Notes: a model not told the origin generated them from the sequence alone. DNA of 64,000 bases from Octopus vulgaris (GCA_951406725.2 OX597841.1:25048001-25112000); one strand, 5' to 3'; counted from the stretch's first letter, positions 42,143 through 56,630 are shown. Numbers and translations are program-made.

Positions 42143-42364
42143 ATTATATATATATATTCATATACATATATATACATATATTATATATATATACATATAT
42201 ATACACATATATAAATATATTCATATATATATATATATATATATACGTATACATATATACATATAAATATATATACATATGAATATCTATACATATATAT
42301 ATATATAAATATAAATATATATACATATACATATACATATATATACATATATATTTTATGTATA

Positions 42365-42430
<66 letters not shown>

Positions 42431-42755
42431 TATATATGTATATATAGCTAGATAGATATAGATATAGATATAAATATATACGTTCTGAGTTCAAATTCCG
42501 CTGAGGTTGACATTGCCGTTCATCCTTTTGAGGTAGATAAATTAAGTACCAGTTGTGTACTGGGCTAATCTAATCGACTGGCCCCATTCCCAGAAATTTC
42601 GGTCCTTGTACACACATCGTCGCTAGAGTATCATTGAAATAACATTACCTATAGGGAATTAACCAACTCTGAAGAAAGAGAGTAATTCGAAAAGCACTAC
42701 TTAATCTCATTAATTCAAATACAAAGACACACGAATTTAAAATTCAAGTACTTAC

Positions 42756-43691
42756 TTCAAACCAGTAGTGAAGAATTTTTCAGTAATATAATCTCTACAA
42801 TTGGAATTTTCGAATGCCAAATAAAATTTGTATTCCTTTTTTAACATCTCAAAGCATTTATTTTCATTCTTTCTCGTGCAAACTTTTGTACCACATCTAC
42901 CGTAAATATCCACCTGAATATATTTTCCGAGCTCCTTAGCATAACCCATGCGATTGTTGCTTGGACCACAGTTCGATACGAACCAAGCAACCTTCTTTGT
43001 TTTTCCCGTTGCATAATTTTGAAATTGTACTTTTTGTCTTACTGACTTGTTAAAATATCGAAATTTCCTATAAGGATATACAATCGTACTGTCCTGCTTA
43101 TAAGTAATTGTCCAGTTGATTTTGTTTCCCAGGTGTTTCACTGATGGGTTGAAAATAGGACACTCATGTGTCATAAAAATCCATATTTGGTTCGTGTGGT
43201 TTGGGTTTCTGTGATAGTCCCACTCTCTCATAAAAGAAAATAGCATCTACACTATTTTGCATTGCTTTGTTGTTTGTGACTAAACATTCATTAACTGGAC
43301 ATTTATATTCCAGGAAACTCGTTTGATTTTCCTTCAATGGTTGCTGATATTTTAAACTGTATATTAACAACGTTTTAAACTTTGGTCTAATTGGCTTTAA
43401 CTTTACTTTTCGATCATAATCTGATTGATTTTGGTGCGTATTCCGTGTATAATTTTCCCATCTTTCCTCTCCTGGTAGGACATATTTCATTTGAGCTTCG
43501 ATACGATCGTTTTCAGGCTGATTACCTGGAAACAATCGAGAGGAATTCCTTCTGTAGGAAACATACTGCTCAGTTGTTGAAGTCCAATTCCAAATGTTTT
43601 GTACGTTCTTGAGATTATATTCAAATTGAGAAATATAAAAACAAATGCATACTACTATGAATATGACACCTATCTTGCGGTAGGTGTCCAT
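42756..43691 (-). pseudogene. FucTA: Alpha-1,3-fucosyltransferase paralog B, large exon, with 1-bp insertion (true lesion or sequencing error)
   Basis: Overlapping ORFs 43164-43691 and 42752-43246. CAGAAACCCAAAC versus CAGAAACCAAAC in V1 (GGG at 43203-43205). Donor AA|GTAAGT at 42755; ~3.98-kb intron to 38772. Confidence 0.78.
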
Positions 43692-44286
43692 TCCTTATTT
43701 GGTGTGATGTGAACAGTTTCAAGTAGTTATTCATGTAGCAGTAAGTATTTCTTGAATGAGGCAGTGAACTAGTTAGGTAAAAGGATTGATCAGTAACAAA
43801 GATCTATAAAATCATAAAACAAACAATTGTTGTCTTTTTATCGGGAAAAACAAGCCAATAGACAGTTGAGAAATTGTTCGAACAAGTGACATATAGCTAA
43901 AACACACCTTAACGCCTTCGATAGTTAAATTCAATAGCACAATGATACACGCCTCGTGAACACACACACACACACACACACACATATGCAGGCACGCACA
44001 TACACACTCATACACACAAGCGTATCCTCCAAGCACATACACTAAATACATATATACATATATGATATGTAAATATGCATATGAGGAACACATGTGAACA
44101 AGTAGGGTAACAGTTTTTGATAACATCCATTCACTTGCAAAATGTCTGAATATTTACTGTCAGGCTTATAGCGAGTATATGAGTGGAGGTGTATGCGTCA
44201 TCCTTTCCAATGGAACTCTCACCTATGAACAAGTCATCACATGTTTGTATAGCACTATCAACCCCAGCCAAATAATATATATATAC

Positions 44287-44324
<38 letters not shown>

Positions 44325-45860
44325 GACACCTCCTTCTACTCCCCTCTGCCCTCTAACCCCACACGTAGCTACCAACAGACGGTATCCTCTACTGTCCGCG
44401 ACCTCATCCCGTCCTCCCGTCTCCCCCGCACCGCATCCAACCTAATTGTGCGAACCCCACGTACCCCCACCATTTACTTCCTCCCCAAAATCCACAAACC
44501 CAACAACCCTGGCCGCCCCATCGTCTCCGCCTGTAACTGCCCCACGGAGCTCATCTCTAAATACCTCGACCGTGTCCTTGCCCCCCTAGTGGAATCTCTT
44601 CCCTCCCACATCCACGATACCAACCATGCTCTCCGGCTTTTCAACTCTTTCTCCTTTCCTCCCGGCTCCTCCAAAATCCTTTTTACTATGGCCATGGGAA
44701 CGCGAATGGGCCCCAACTATGCGAACCTGTTCGTTGGCTATGTTGAGGCCCAAATATTCTCTAATTTCACTGGTCCCACTCCTGAACTATATGGTCGTTA
44801 CATTGACGACATTATCGGTGCCACCTAACTCTCCCGTGAACATCTAGATTCCTTCCTCTCCTTCGTCCAATCTTTCCATCCAGCCCTCCACTTCACTTCC
44901 ACTATCTCCAACACCTCTGTCTCCTTCCTCGACATTTCGGTTAGCATTCTTCACTCCACTCTTACCACCTCCATTCACTACCAACACACAGACTCACACT
45001 CATACCTCAACTTCTCTTCCTCCCACCCAGAACACACCAAGCTTTCCATCCCCTATTCCCAATTCCTCCGTCTACGTAGGCTCTGTAGTGACGACCATGA
45101 CTTTGAGACTCAGTCTCAACGTATGGCTCACCACTTCACCCTACGTGGATACCCCCTCACCACTATCCACACCGCCCTTGCCAGAGCACGGTCCGTGGAC
45201 CGTGTATCTGCTCTCTCTCCCCGAACCCGCCCTGTAGTCTCCCGCCTCCCTTTTCCCCTCACTTACCACCCCACGACCCTACGTCTCCAACGCACCATTC
45301 TTCGAGCTTTCCGTCATCTCCAGTCCGACCCGTCCACTTCACACCTCTTCCCTAACCGACCCCTCCCCTCTTTCAAACGAGCCCACAACCTTCGAGACCT
45401 TTTGGTCCATAGCTCCTTCCCTGACCCTACCTCCCAACCCGGCTCGTTCCCCTGCTCCCGCCCACGTTGCCGCACTTGCCCTTACCTCTCCAACACCACC
45501 CTCCTCACTAGCACCCACCATCGACCCTATCCCATCATCCACTCCTTCACCTGCACCTCCAGCAATATTATCTATTGCGTCTCTTGCTCTCTCTGCCATT
45601 CCTTGTACATCGGACAAACGGGACGCCGCTTGGCTGACCGGTTCGCGGAACACCTTCGTGACATCCACCTTGCGAACGACACACCGGTCTCACGCCATTT
45701 CCGCTCCACCGGTCACTCCTTGCAACACCTATCTGTGTTCGGTTTGTCCTTACACAGAGGCCATCCGGATTCCCGTTTGCGCCGTGAACAGGAATTAATC
45801 TTCTCTCTTCGCTCTTATACGCCATTTGGTCTCAACTCCCCCCCCTCCTCATCTAACCCC
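44325..45860 (+). mobile_element. Penelope-like retroelement (RT + GIY-YIG endonuclease), defective
   Basis: IYFLPKIHKPNNPGRPIVS, AMGTRMGPNYANLFVG, RYIDDI, SIPYSQFLRLRRLCS, FTCTSSNIIYCVSCSLCHSLYIGQTGRRLADRFAEH; internal deletion and a stop at ~44826. Confidence 0.92.
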
Positions 45861-46164
45861 CTCTCCCCCCTCCTCACCTATCCCCCCCCCGACCCCTACT
45901 TCTTCAGTCCTTCATCCTTTCACCCCTACTCCCCTTCCCTTCTTCCCTCTTTCTCCCTCCCTCCTTCCCTCTTCCCCTTCCCTCTGCTCCCTCACTACCC
46001 TTCTCTCTCCCCCTCTCCCTCTTTCCTCCTTCCTCCTCCCCTCCCTTCTCCCCCTCCTCTCTCTCCCCCTCTCGCCTTCCCCTCCCCCTCCTCTTCCCCC
46101 TCTCCTCCTCTTCTCCTCTCTCCACACTACACCACACGACTTTACACATCACATCATATATGAT

Positions 46165-46520
46165 GTGCATTACTAATACATACACCAACTAATACATACT
46201 AATACGTACTAATACATACTAATACATACTAATACATACACCAACCCTATACATACACACGTCCAGACCTCTCATACGCACTTATACTCTCTCATACACA
46301 CACACACACACTTATACATACTAATACGTACTAATACATACTAATACATACTAATACATACACCAACCCCATACATACGCACGTCCAGACCTCTCATACG
46401 CACTAATACTCTCTCATACACACACACACACACACACCCTTATACATACTAATACATACTAATACATACACCAACCCTATACATACAAACGTCCAGACTT
46501 CTGATACGCACTAATAGCTG
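46165..46520 (+). repeat. ~120-bp unit x3 built from (CATACTAATA)n, 3' of the Penelope-like ORF
   Basis: CACCAACCC(T/C)ATACATAC..ACGTCCAGAC recurs three times between CATACTAATA runs. Confidence 0.8.
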
Positions 46521-46819
46521 GTCATTCAACCCTATTATCAACCCTATTATCTCCCCTTATTTCGCTCTCGCGTCTCATGTTTGATCTTTGACCTCTGGCC
46601 GAAATCAGATCGCCATGTTGATTCGTTAGCTACTGCACGCATTTTTTTCTCTCCTTCTTTCTGTGTTTTTTTTCTCTCTGTGTATCTTTCTGTTGAAGTG
46701 CGTAGGCTCGAATCGTTAAAGACTTGTTTTATTTATATTTCCTGAGCGCCATACTAATACAATTGTTTGTTTGTTTCCCACCTGCCTTCGTCTTTTGTCT
46801 ATTTTCATAAAGCTTCCCG

Positions 46820-46886
<67 letters not shown>

Positions 46887-47004
46887 TATATTTCCTGAGC
46901 GCCATACTAATACAATTATTTGTTTGTATTCCACCTGCCTTCGTCTTTTGTTTATTTCCGTAAACCTGCCTTCGTCTTTTGTCTATTTTCATAAAGCTTC
47001 CCGT

Positions 47005-47040
<36 letters not shown>

Positions 47041-47045
47041 TATAT

Positions 47046-47207
47046 AGGCGCAGGAGTGGGTGTGTGGTAAGTAGCTTGCTTACAAACCACACGTTTCCTG
47101 GTTCAGTCCCTCTGCGTAGCACCTTGGGAAAATGTCTTCTACTATAGCCTCGGGCCGACCAAAGCCTTGTGAATGGATTTCTTAGAGGGAAACTGAAAGA
47201 AGCCTGT

Positions 47208-47252
<45 letters not shown>

Positions 47253-47480
47253 GTGTGTCTGTGTTTGTGTGTCTGTGTTTGTCCCCCCCAACATAGCTTG
47301 TCGACAGATGCTGGTATGTTTACGTCCCCGCTACTTAACGGTTCGGCTAAAAAGACCGATAGAATAAGTACTAGGCTTACAAAGAATAAGTCCTGGTGTC
47401 GATTTGCTCGACTGAAAGGCGGTACTCCAGCATGGCCGCAGTCAAATGACTGAAACAAGTAAAAGGAGTAAAAAAGAGTA
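47046..47480 (+). mobile_element. Full-length family-A SINE
   Basis: GGCGCAGGAGTGG head through GACTGAAACAAGTAAAA tail. Confidence 0.85.
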
Positions 47481-49247
47481 TAGAGTAAACCTGGATCTTT
47501 CTGGTGACATATCCATACACGGCTTTCTATTGATATATGCTCACCCTTTCATCTGATTATATACAGCGGTAGAGTCGTGCAACATCTCTGGGCATGTTAT
47601 TCAAGATTATTAAGACAGGGAATGCTGCTCAGGAAACTGCTTTCCACAATGATTGTGCCTTGTGTTATTATTTTTTTTGTTTGTTTGTTCCTTCTCAAGC
47701 CATGCCTGGCTCATAAGGGCCGGTTTCCCGGTTTCCTTGGCGTATTGGTTACCCACCTGGACGGGACGCCGGTCTGTCGCAGGTGAGCTGCAAGATGCAG
47801 GAGAAAAGAGTGAGAGAAAGTTGTGACGAAAGTGTCAGCAGAAGTTTCGCCATTACCTTCTGCCGGAGCCGCGTGGAGCTTAGGTGTTTTCGCTCATAAA
47901 CACACGCATCACTCGGTCTGAAATTCGAACCCGCGATCCCTCGACTGCAAGTCTGCTGCTCTAACCACTAGGCCATGTACCTCCATTATGCATGTGTGTA
48001 TATATGTATGCATGCATGTTGTTTGTTCCTTCTCGAGCCATGCCTGGCTCATAAGGGCCGGTTTCCCGGTTTCCTTGGCGTATTGGTTACCCACCTGGAC
48101 GGGACGCCGGTCTGTCGCAGGTGAGCTGCAAGATGCAGGAGGAAAGAGTGAGAGAAAGTTGTGGCGAAAGAGTGAGCAGAAGTTTCGCAATTACCTTCTG
48201 CCGGAAGGTGTATGCACGTATGCATGTACGTATGTATTATGTATGTATGTATGTATGTATGTATGTATGTATGCACGTATGTATTATGTATGTATTATGT
48301 ATGTATGTATTTATGTATGTATGTACGTTCTTAATTATGTTTTTAATTATGTAACGTGCGGGTCGGTTGGTTGATTTTTTTTCTCTTAAAATCCAAGCTT
48401 ATCCAAACTGACAGCTAGGCATTTACTTATGAAAGCCAGTGCTATAGTTATAATTTGCATTTATACCATTAACTGTGGAGGCGCAATAGCCCAGCGGTTA
48501 GGGCAGCGGACTCGCGGTCATAGGATCGCGGTTTCGATTCCCAGACCAGGCATTGTGAGTGTTTATTGAGCGAAAACATCTAAAAGCTCCACGAGGCTCC
48601 GGCAGGGGAGGGTGGTGATCCCTGTTGTACTCTTTCACCACAACTTTCTCTCACTCTTACTTCCTGTTTCTGTTGTACCTGTATTTCAAAGGGCCGGCCT
48701 TGTCACTCTCTGTGTCACGCTGAATATCCCCGAGAACTACGTTAAGAGTACACGTGTCTGTGCAGTGCTCAGCCACTTACACGTTAATTTCACGAGGAGG
48801 CTGTTCTGTTGATTCGGATCAACCGGAACCCTCGTCGTCGTAACCGACGGAGTGCTTCCATTATTGGTATAAATGTAAATTTGTAATCCGCCTGTAGAAG
48901 CTGGAAGTTCCGAAGAAGTTATCCGTAGTAATCTTCTTTCTCTTTGATTTTCAAAGAGATATTCACATAATTAGAACAGCTGATCTCTATGGCGATACAT
49001 AATTTTCTTGTCAGTTCCAAACAACACTGTCTGGCCTGTTATTCTTTTATTATTTTACTTGTTTCAGTCATTGACTGGGGCCATGCTGGAGCACGACCTT
49101 TAGTCGAACAATTCGACCCCAGGATTTATTCTTTGTAAGTCTAGTACTTGTTCTATTGGCCCAGTTTTGCCAAACCGCTAAGTTACAGGGACGTAAACAC
49201 ACCAACATCTGTTGTCAAGCGATGGTGGGGGCACAAACACACACACA

Positions 49248-49294
<47 letters not shown>

Positions 49295-49406
49295 GTGTAT
49301 ATATATATGTATATATACTAATATAGGATGAAGCTTTTTTACAGAATAAAATTCCATCACAAATGTGGCAGCATATTAAAAAACCGTTAAGGTTAAAATT
49401 ATAAAC

Positions 49407-49820
49407 AACTTATAAATAAGGGCTAAAGAAAATTATTTCTATGCCAATATGCTGATAATCAGACTTTTAAATCGTCAATTTCCACATATTATTTACTCGC
49501 TACAGAAAACACATAGAGCTGAAATCGAGGATGGCCAGCCAATAGAATTTTTTTTTAAAGTTCGTTATTTCTATATTGAATCAATTTCGGAATTAATCTC
49601 ATAATATATTTTTTCCTCTTCAGTAGAAAATAGGAAAAGATATAAATAAAATACATGCGCCCATGGAAAAAAGCCGGAGCAAAACTCCTAAGTACATACA
49701 AGTACCCCATGAGTACATATAAGTACCCCGAGTAAATATTATGTGGAAATTGACGATTTAAAAGTCTGTTATCAGCATATTGGCTTAGAAATAATTTTCT
49801 TTAGCCCTTATTTATAAGTT
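49407..49820. mobile_element. MITE-like element with ~80-bp terminal inverted repeats
   Basis: AACTTATAAATAAGGGCTAAAGAAAATTATTTCTA...AATTTCCACATA (49407-49488) mirrored at 49740-49820. Confidence 0.75.
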
Positions 49821-51046
49821 TTGAGGTCACCTATTGATCAATATTGTTTATAGATGCTTCATAAAGTGTCCTTCAATGTTTTGTTGTTGTTTATTCCTTC
49901 TCGAGCCACGCTTGGCTCATAAGGGCCGGTTTCACAGTTTCTTGGCGTATAGGTTCCCCACCCGGACGGGACGCAATCGCAGGTGAGAGAAAGTTGTGGC
50001 GAAAGTGTCAGCAGAAGTTTCGCCATTACCTTCTGCAGGAGCTTAGGTGTTTCGCTTATAAACACACACGTCGCCCGGTGTGATATTCGAACCCGCGAAC
50101 CCTCGACCGTGAGTCCGCTGCTCTAACCACTAGGCCATTTGCCTCTACCCTTCAATGTTTATATATAAAAGAACATAAAACTGTAGGCACTTTATTGCTG
50201 TTTCTTGCAAAGCGTCAAGCTGGCCGAAACGTTTGCACGCCGGGCGAAAAGCGTAGCCGTATTTCGTCTGCCGTTACGTTCTGGGTTCAAATTCCGCCGA
50301 GGTCGACTTTGCCTTTCATCCTTCCGGGGTCGATAAATTAAGTACCAGTTACGTACTGGGGTCGATATAATCGACTTAATCCGTTTTCTGTCCTTGTTTT
50401 TCCCCTCTATGTTTAGAGCCTTGTGGGTAATAAAGAAACATATCGCTGTTACTGGCATGAGGTCACGGTACGTATATTTTAATTTCTTTTATATTTCTTA
50501 AATATCTTTCCGTTTATATGAAAACCAAGGTAATTTTCAAGTTCCTTTACGTCTGTTCCTAACATGAAGTTGGTCTAACATATGGGAAAATGTCTTATAA
50601 TAGCATCCTAAAATGTCCTTTAATTTTGAAGGAAAAACACAAATTTGAGAGCAATTAGCTGTTATTTCTAGAATAAAATGAAATCACCTTTCAGACAAAT
50701 CTATTTATTTATGCACCTTGAGTTTTCATTCGATACCTAAACTATTTAATTATGCGAAATATGAACTACAAAGTAGTCATGTGATTAATAAGTAGTTAAA
50801 TAATTAATTCGTTTCAAGTTAATGTAAATTAGAGAAAAATTAAGGCAAATCCGAAAATATTATTTGTATGAGAGTAGAGACCCTTAGAAGTAACAAAAGA
50901 GGTGGAGCAATAGAGGAATATATAATGAGGTTGTAGGGGGAGAGGAAGAGAAAAGAGGAGGTTGCCACAGCTTGTGAGCTGAAACTAGATAAATAAATAG
51001 GTCAATAATAAAATAAATAAAAAAATAATAGCATATATATTTATAT

Positions 51047-51110
<64 letters not shown>

Positions 51111-51423
51111 CGTGATCTTCTTCCGTGACCGACCAGGCTATCAGATGTTGCAATGCGCCTCGCATTGTTTTAACCCTCAAATGACGCCACCCCGCTAGCT
51201 AAGCGAGCAGGCCAACAGAAGAAAGAGTGAGAGAAAGTTGTGGTGAAAGAGTACAGCAGGGATCGCCACCACCCCCTGCCGGACCGTCGTGGAGCTTTAG
51301 GTATTTTCGCTTAATAAAAAATCACAACGCCCGGTCTGGGAATAGAAACCACGATCCTACGACTGCGAGTTCGCTGCCATAACCACTATGAATTTGGTAT
51401 GTACAGCTCGGATTACAAAGGGT

Positions 51424-51498
51424 TCCTGCTGACGATTCTGGCCCTTGCAGCTAAATTCTATTCATTTGCTAAAAAAAGGATGAAACTGCAGTACAGGA
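51424..51498 (+). ncRNA. Type I minimal hammerhead ribozyme-like motif (inverted copy of 31691-31765)
   Basis: TCCTG CTGACGA ttct...aggat GAAAC TGCA GTA CAGGA. Confidence 0.6.
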
Positions 51499-51695
51499 TT
51501 AGCTGAGATGGTAAACGTTTTTGATTTTCATTCCATTTGATGAATTTATCCCCTTTTTGTGTATCTAGCTGTCGCTTCTTTATTTGGAAGCCTTTTAATG
51601 TATTTATATATGAATAACGTATAGTCTAATGACTAATTCGTCTTTTGTGCTAGGCCACTGGTAATAATAATTTATTTCATTATCCTATTTACTAT

Positions 51696-51755
<60 letters not shown>

Positions 51756-52024
51756 CTATTACATGATGTAGAAATATAAGCTCTTTCAAGAAAGCTGTGG
51801 TTAAACGTTGTCGCAATCCACCTCCCTTGGCCCAGCAGACAAAATGGAAAAGGTGTTGCCTCGGAGGATGGGAGGATGGAGAGGGTGATGCACTGAAACA
51901 ACCACTTTCATTCACGAGGCTTTCACTTACAGACAACCATCTCCACCCCAAGAGCAGCAAGCAGGGATATGACTCGGCGCTAAGGACGCTGGAGGTCATC
52001 GCTGCTACAGGCTTGACCATAAAC

Positions 52025-52239
52025 CTATACTCTTTACTCTTTTACTTGTTTCAGTCATTTGACTGTGGCCATGCTGGAGCACCGCCTTTAATCGAGCAAC
52101 TCGACCCCGGGACTTATTCTTTTGTAAGCCCAGTACTTATTCTATCGGTCTCTTTTGCCGAACCGCTAAGTAACAGGGACATAAACCACCAGCATCGGTT
52201 GTCAAGCAATGCTAGGGGGACAAACACACACACACACAG

Positions 52240-52274
<35 letters not shown>

Positions 52275-52438
52275 CGACGGGCTTCTTTCAGTTTCCGGCT
52301 ACCAAATCCACTCACAAGGCATTAGTCGGCCCGGGGCTATAGCAGAAGACTGTTGCCCAAGATGCCACGGAGTGGGACTGAACCCGGAACCATGTGGTTG
52401 GTAAACAAGCTACTTACCACACAGCCACTCCTGCGCCT
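52025..52438 (-). mobile_element. Full-length family-A SINE (others at ~57290-57595 -, 60372-60783 -, 61050-61480 +)
   Basis: Reverse complement of the family-A head and tail. Confidence 0.85.
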
Positions 52439-52586
52439 ATATATATATATATACAAATATAGATATAAAACCACTATATAGGCAAATAAAATATTATATT
52501 TATCTCTAATTTAGATATAAATATATATATTTATACTGTAAAATTAGATTTAATCCTAAATCTAATTTTTATTATATTTATTTATT

Positions 52587-52638
<52 letters not shown>

Positions 52639-52639
52639 T

Positions 52640-54217
52640 AAAGTCCTTAATGCACACATGGAGATGTGGAGTATCATTCTCCAGTCTGAGAAACGTTCAG
52701 CAAACAATTTCGTAACCACCAACAATGAAATCCCACCCCTTTATGGCCTTCGAAAAGATCATAAGAGCCACATGGACCATGTACTTGGGCTACCTACCCG
52801 ACTTCTTTGTGTTGCCAACAATGCTAATAACCACAAAATATCGTATTTTCCCTCACAGTTCATACGACCCTTAAATAGAGTTATCTGCAGATGTATATGA
52901 TAGTACTGAAGACCTCCTTAGCAGGATCCGCGATTGCAACAACACGTGTGACTTCAGTGACCACATCGCAGGTAGCATGGATGTGGTATCACTATATCCT
53001 TCCATCGATGTAGACTTTGCTATCGAAAAATGTATAGAGATAATTTGTGAGAGTAATATGCTATTTAAAAATGTGGACGTATATGAACTAGGGCTCTTCA
53101 TGGACTTGACTTGTACCGACGATTATCTGTCACGCAATATTCTTCTATATGCTTGTCCCACCCGTAACAAACGAGGTAGACCACCTATCATTACCTCTGC
53201 ATACAAGAAGACCCACAGTGAACGCTGGCATGACTCGACGAAGCTAGACTACACACCATCAGATGCACACGACATCAGAACTACTGTCGCACACGCTATC
53301 GATGTCAGCCTTAGAGCTACTCTTAAAACCCATGGTTTTAAGTTTAACAATAAACTGTATAAACAGACGAAAGGCGGTGCTATTGGAGTAGGGATCGCCG
53401 GTGATGTTGCTAACCTGTTCATGGCGTGGTGTGACAGACATTTTAAACAGTGCCTAGCGACCCGTAACATCCACTTAGCTATGTACTTTCGATATGTTGA
53501 CGATATTAACCTTGTCGTAAAATGTAATAGTAATACAGACACAGATATAGACTCTCTACTAAATGAAGAACATGTGATGACAGCTATACAACACATAGCT
53601 GACTCTATCCATAGCAGTATAAAGGTTACGGTAGACTACCCCTCTAAACACCCCAGTAATAGATTCCCTGTCCTAGATACTGAGCTGTGGATAGAAAATA
53701 CAATGATTAACGGAATTGTTAATTCCTGTTTACCCCAATCACACTTTTGTAAAACTATGGCTAATCTACTGGTAATCCGTAGTGACTCAGTGATGTCAAG
53801 TTCTACCAAAATCAACATTCTCTTGGCAGACTTAGAGTAATGAGGAATGTATCCCCACTATGCCAACCACAAAACGGACAAGGCCACATCCCGCACTACA
53901 TATTCCGAATGCAACGCTCCGGATACACACAATACGATAGAATCAGCGTATACAAAGGAGCGAAAACAAGATTCGAACGCTTTCTAAGAGATGACGAAAA
54001 CGGTATATGTCCCCTATACCGCAACCTATAGGTTAGAGAGGGACACCAACAAAAGAAATAAAAACAATACTTCGTATGATAACAAGAAATTTCACAGTGT
54101 AATGTTTGTTGACTCCACACCTAAGAACGAATTAAGTAAGGCATTCAAGAAAATCCTGGCCTTAAGATCAAAGTTGTAGAAAAGACAGGTAGGACTTTCA
54201 AATCTGTATTATGTAGA
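52640..54217 (+). mobile_element. Second Penelope-like reverse transcriptase, degraded
   Basis: IPPLYGLRKDHK..PTR, MDVVSLYPSI, YKQTKGGAIGVGIAGDVANLFM, RYVDDI, FPVLD; frameshifts and stops. Confidence 0.82.
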
Positions 54218-55075
54218 TCATATCCATTTGAAAGAATCACTAGTCAAAATAATTGTGCAGTATGTTCTACAAACCCACATGTGAATTGCAAAACCAAGAG
54301 CACTGTATAACAGATTAAGTGCCATAGTGTCAAATGGATGGACTGGAAAGATGTCACTGGATTTGATGTTTGGGTGGTAGAATCTCAGATCGCAGAGAAC
54401 CATGTCATGGTCTGAAAATGGTGGTGTTTTTTCCACTGCAATATAGAGGATATTGTCTGTGTGGTTACTGAACACCAGGTCCAAGGTGTTTTTGTGACAC
54501 CTTGTTGGTAAGCAAACAATTTGGGCCAGAAAAAACACGGGCATGAAATCAAAAGTCAATTCGATTGCTTCCTTATCAGGGGTTGAGGTGGAAAAACCTG
54601 GTTTCAAGCTCTTTGTGGACCAGTCAACCCTGCGAAGTTTGAAGTTCCCCATCATTAATATGTTGCCAGCATGACACTGATGGATGAAACAAACACCTAA
54701 TGCTGTTGAATCATTCCTTGAAGCGTAGAAAAGGAGTTAGGCGTGGCCTATAGAGCCCAAACACTATTAAATTGTTGGTTTTACTAAACACAGAAGCTGC
54801 TTCCCTGTAGCCATTGCTTCAGACGAAAAAGAATCGTACACGAAAATGGCGGTCCCACCCTTTCTTCTGCAGACATGATCTGCACGGATGGCAGTAAAAT
54901 TCTTCACTCTCACTTCAGCTTCCAAGTGGAGGTTATTGAAATGGGTCTCTGTGAGGATGAAAGAAGGCATATTGTGTGGATGGTCATTAACCCAGTCCTC
55001 AATAAATTGGATCTTCCATTTCTGGCCATTAGTGGAAGTGCTGATGCCTTGTGCATTGAACAAAAATGTTGAGGC
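54218..55075 (-). mobile_element. Degraded LINE apurinic-like endonuclease domain (duplicate of 36360-37215)
   Basis: FILTETHF, RADHVCRRKGGTAIFVYD, PTRCHKNTLDLVFSN, SDHDMV. Confidence 0.8.
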
Positions 55076-56209
55076 GATAGTGGTGACTTATGTTGATTGT
55101 TTTGGCGATTTGCTTGTTAATGACAGCAATGGGAGTTTGTGTATTTTCCCATTATATGCCAAGTTGGATGGGTAACATTGCAAGCAAGCAAGCAAGACTG
55201 AAACTGACTTTTAATGTATTATAAGATGTTCAGATGTAGGTAACATTCAGATGTAGATATGAATAAAGTTTACCCTCAAATGTTAATAGGAACCGAATTA
55301 AACAAGTTTCGCGTAACTTGGAGCAGTAGTTATTGAGATATTCAGGGTTTGGGGTTTAAATATCCAAAACGGTGCATAATGTGAAAATGCTCCGAATTTA
55401 ACTTCATCCTGAAAGAAAAGAGACCCTAACCTTTCGATTAGACAGTGATTTGACGACGAAAAAAATACGATTTGTTTTATTTACAGTGAATATATATATA
55501 CATACAATATTCAACAGAGTAACAGTCATATATACAACTTGAACAGACACACGTATCAGCACATAAACATATGTTTACATATACTAAACATATACATACA
55601 TGCAGACACGTCTACACACATACGTAAATACTCACATACAAACATACATACATACAGATTTGGCTGATATTTTTAGCACGTCCCGTTACTACGCAACATC
55701 AATATGTGATACAAGACCGACATACCTGTTACGTGGTAGCACAGCATGCGAAAATAGATGCCAAATCTTTCCTTTTCTGGGGAAAGGAGTCGTTTGCGCG
55801 TGGTTTCAATGTCATTCGTTGAAAGCATGCGAAATAACTTGGAAAAGAAAAAAACTCACGAAACAAAACTCCGTTGCTGTAACACTGAGGTTTCCCGGTG
55901 ACCCACGGATAGTCTAGTATTTATATAAGCACAACTCTGTAACGTGACACACATAAAGAAATAAATCATGTAACGATGGAAACGAATTCACGAAAAGAAA
56001 AATAAACACTGTTCAATATGTTTGTTTAAATACGGTTGTAGAAGTAAAAACAGTCCGAAAGGAAAGATTACCCAAGAAGGGAACATTAAATTTAATCATG
56101 ACAAAACTTTGCCGAAAATTGTAAAGAATTTTAAAAGGTTTTCTTATTTTCGTGAGTATTTGCAGTTTTCAAGTTCTTTTATCTCTTCCATAACTTTCCT
56201 GCCTCCTCT

Positions 56210-56251
<42 letters not shown>

Positions 56252-56308
56252 ATATTTCATCCCGGTCGATAACTACATCATGGACATTATATCACAATAT
56301 CCTATGTT

Positions 56309-56630
56309 TTATGTCCACCGTTCCTTTCCAATACACTTACCCTTTCCTGCCCACCATTCCCATACGTTTTCATACCATGTCGGCTTGTAATAATCGACAG
56401 CGTGTAGCATCGCACAAACACGACACCAAAGTAGGGTATCAATAAATTCTCCTGTTCCTTTCCATTTGAAATATTCATTATAAAGAGTATCATTTTTATC
56501 AAGTTTATGCAGATAATCTGCCAATTCTTTTGGGGATTTGAAATCCTCGTAGTGGATGTACGAATTCTCGGGTGCTACTTCACGATAGTCGTCGGGATGG
56601 GCACCCATTACAATTGGAATAACATTATAT
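56309..56630 (-). CDS. FucTA: Alpha-1,3-fucosyltransferase paralog C, C-terminal exon (no large exon within the window)
   Basis: Intact 322-nt exon with the same acceptor; variant residues DTLLWCRVC and GKCIGKERWT. Confidence 0.88.

Noticed and set aside
45826-46188. Pro/Ser-rich and Gly/Glu/Arg-rich ORFs
   Set aside because: Low-complexity polypyrimidine tract at the 3' end of the Penelope-like element.
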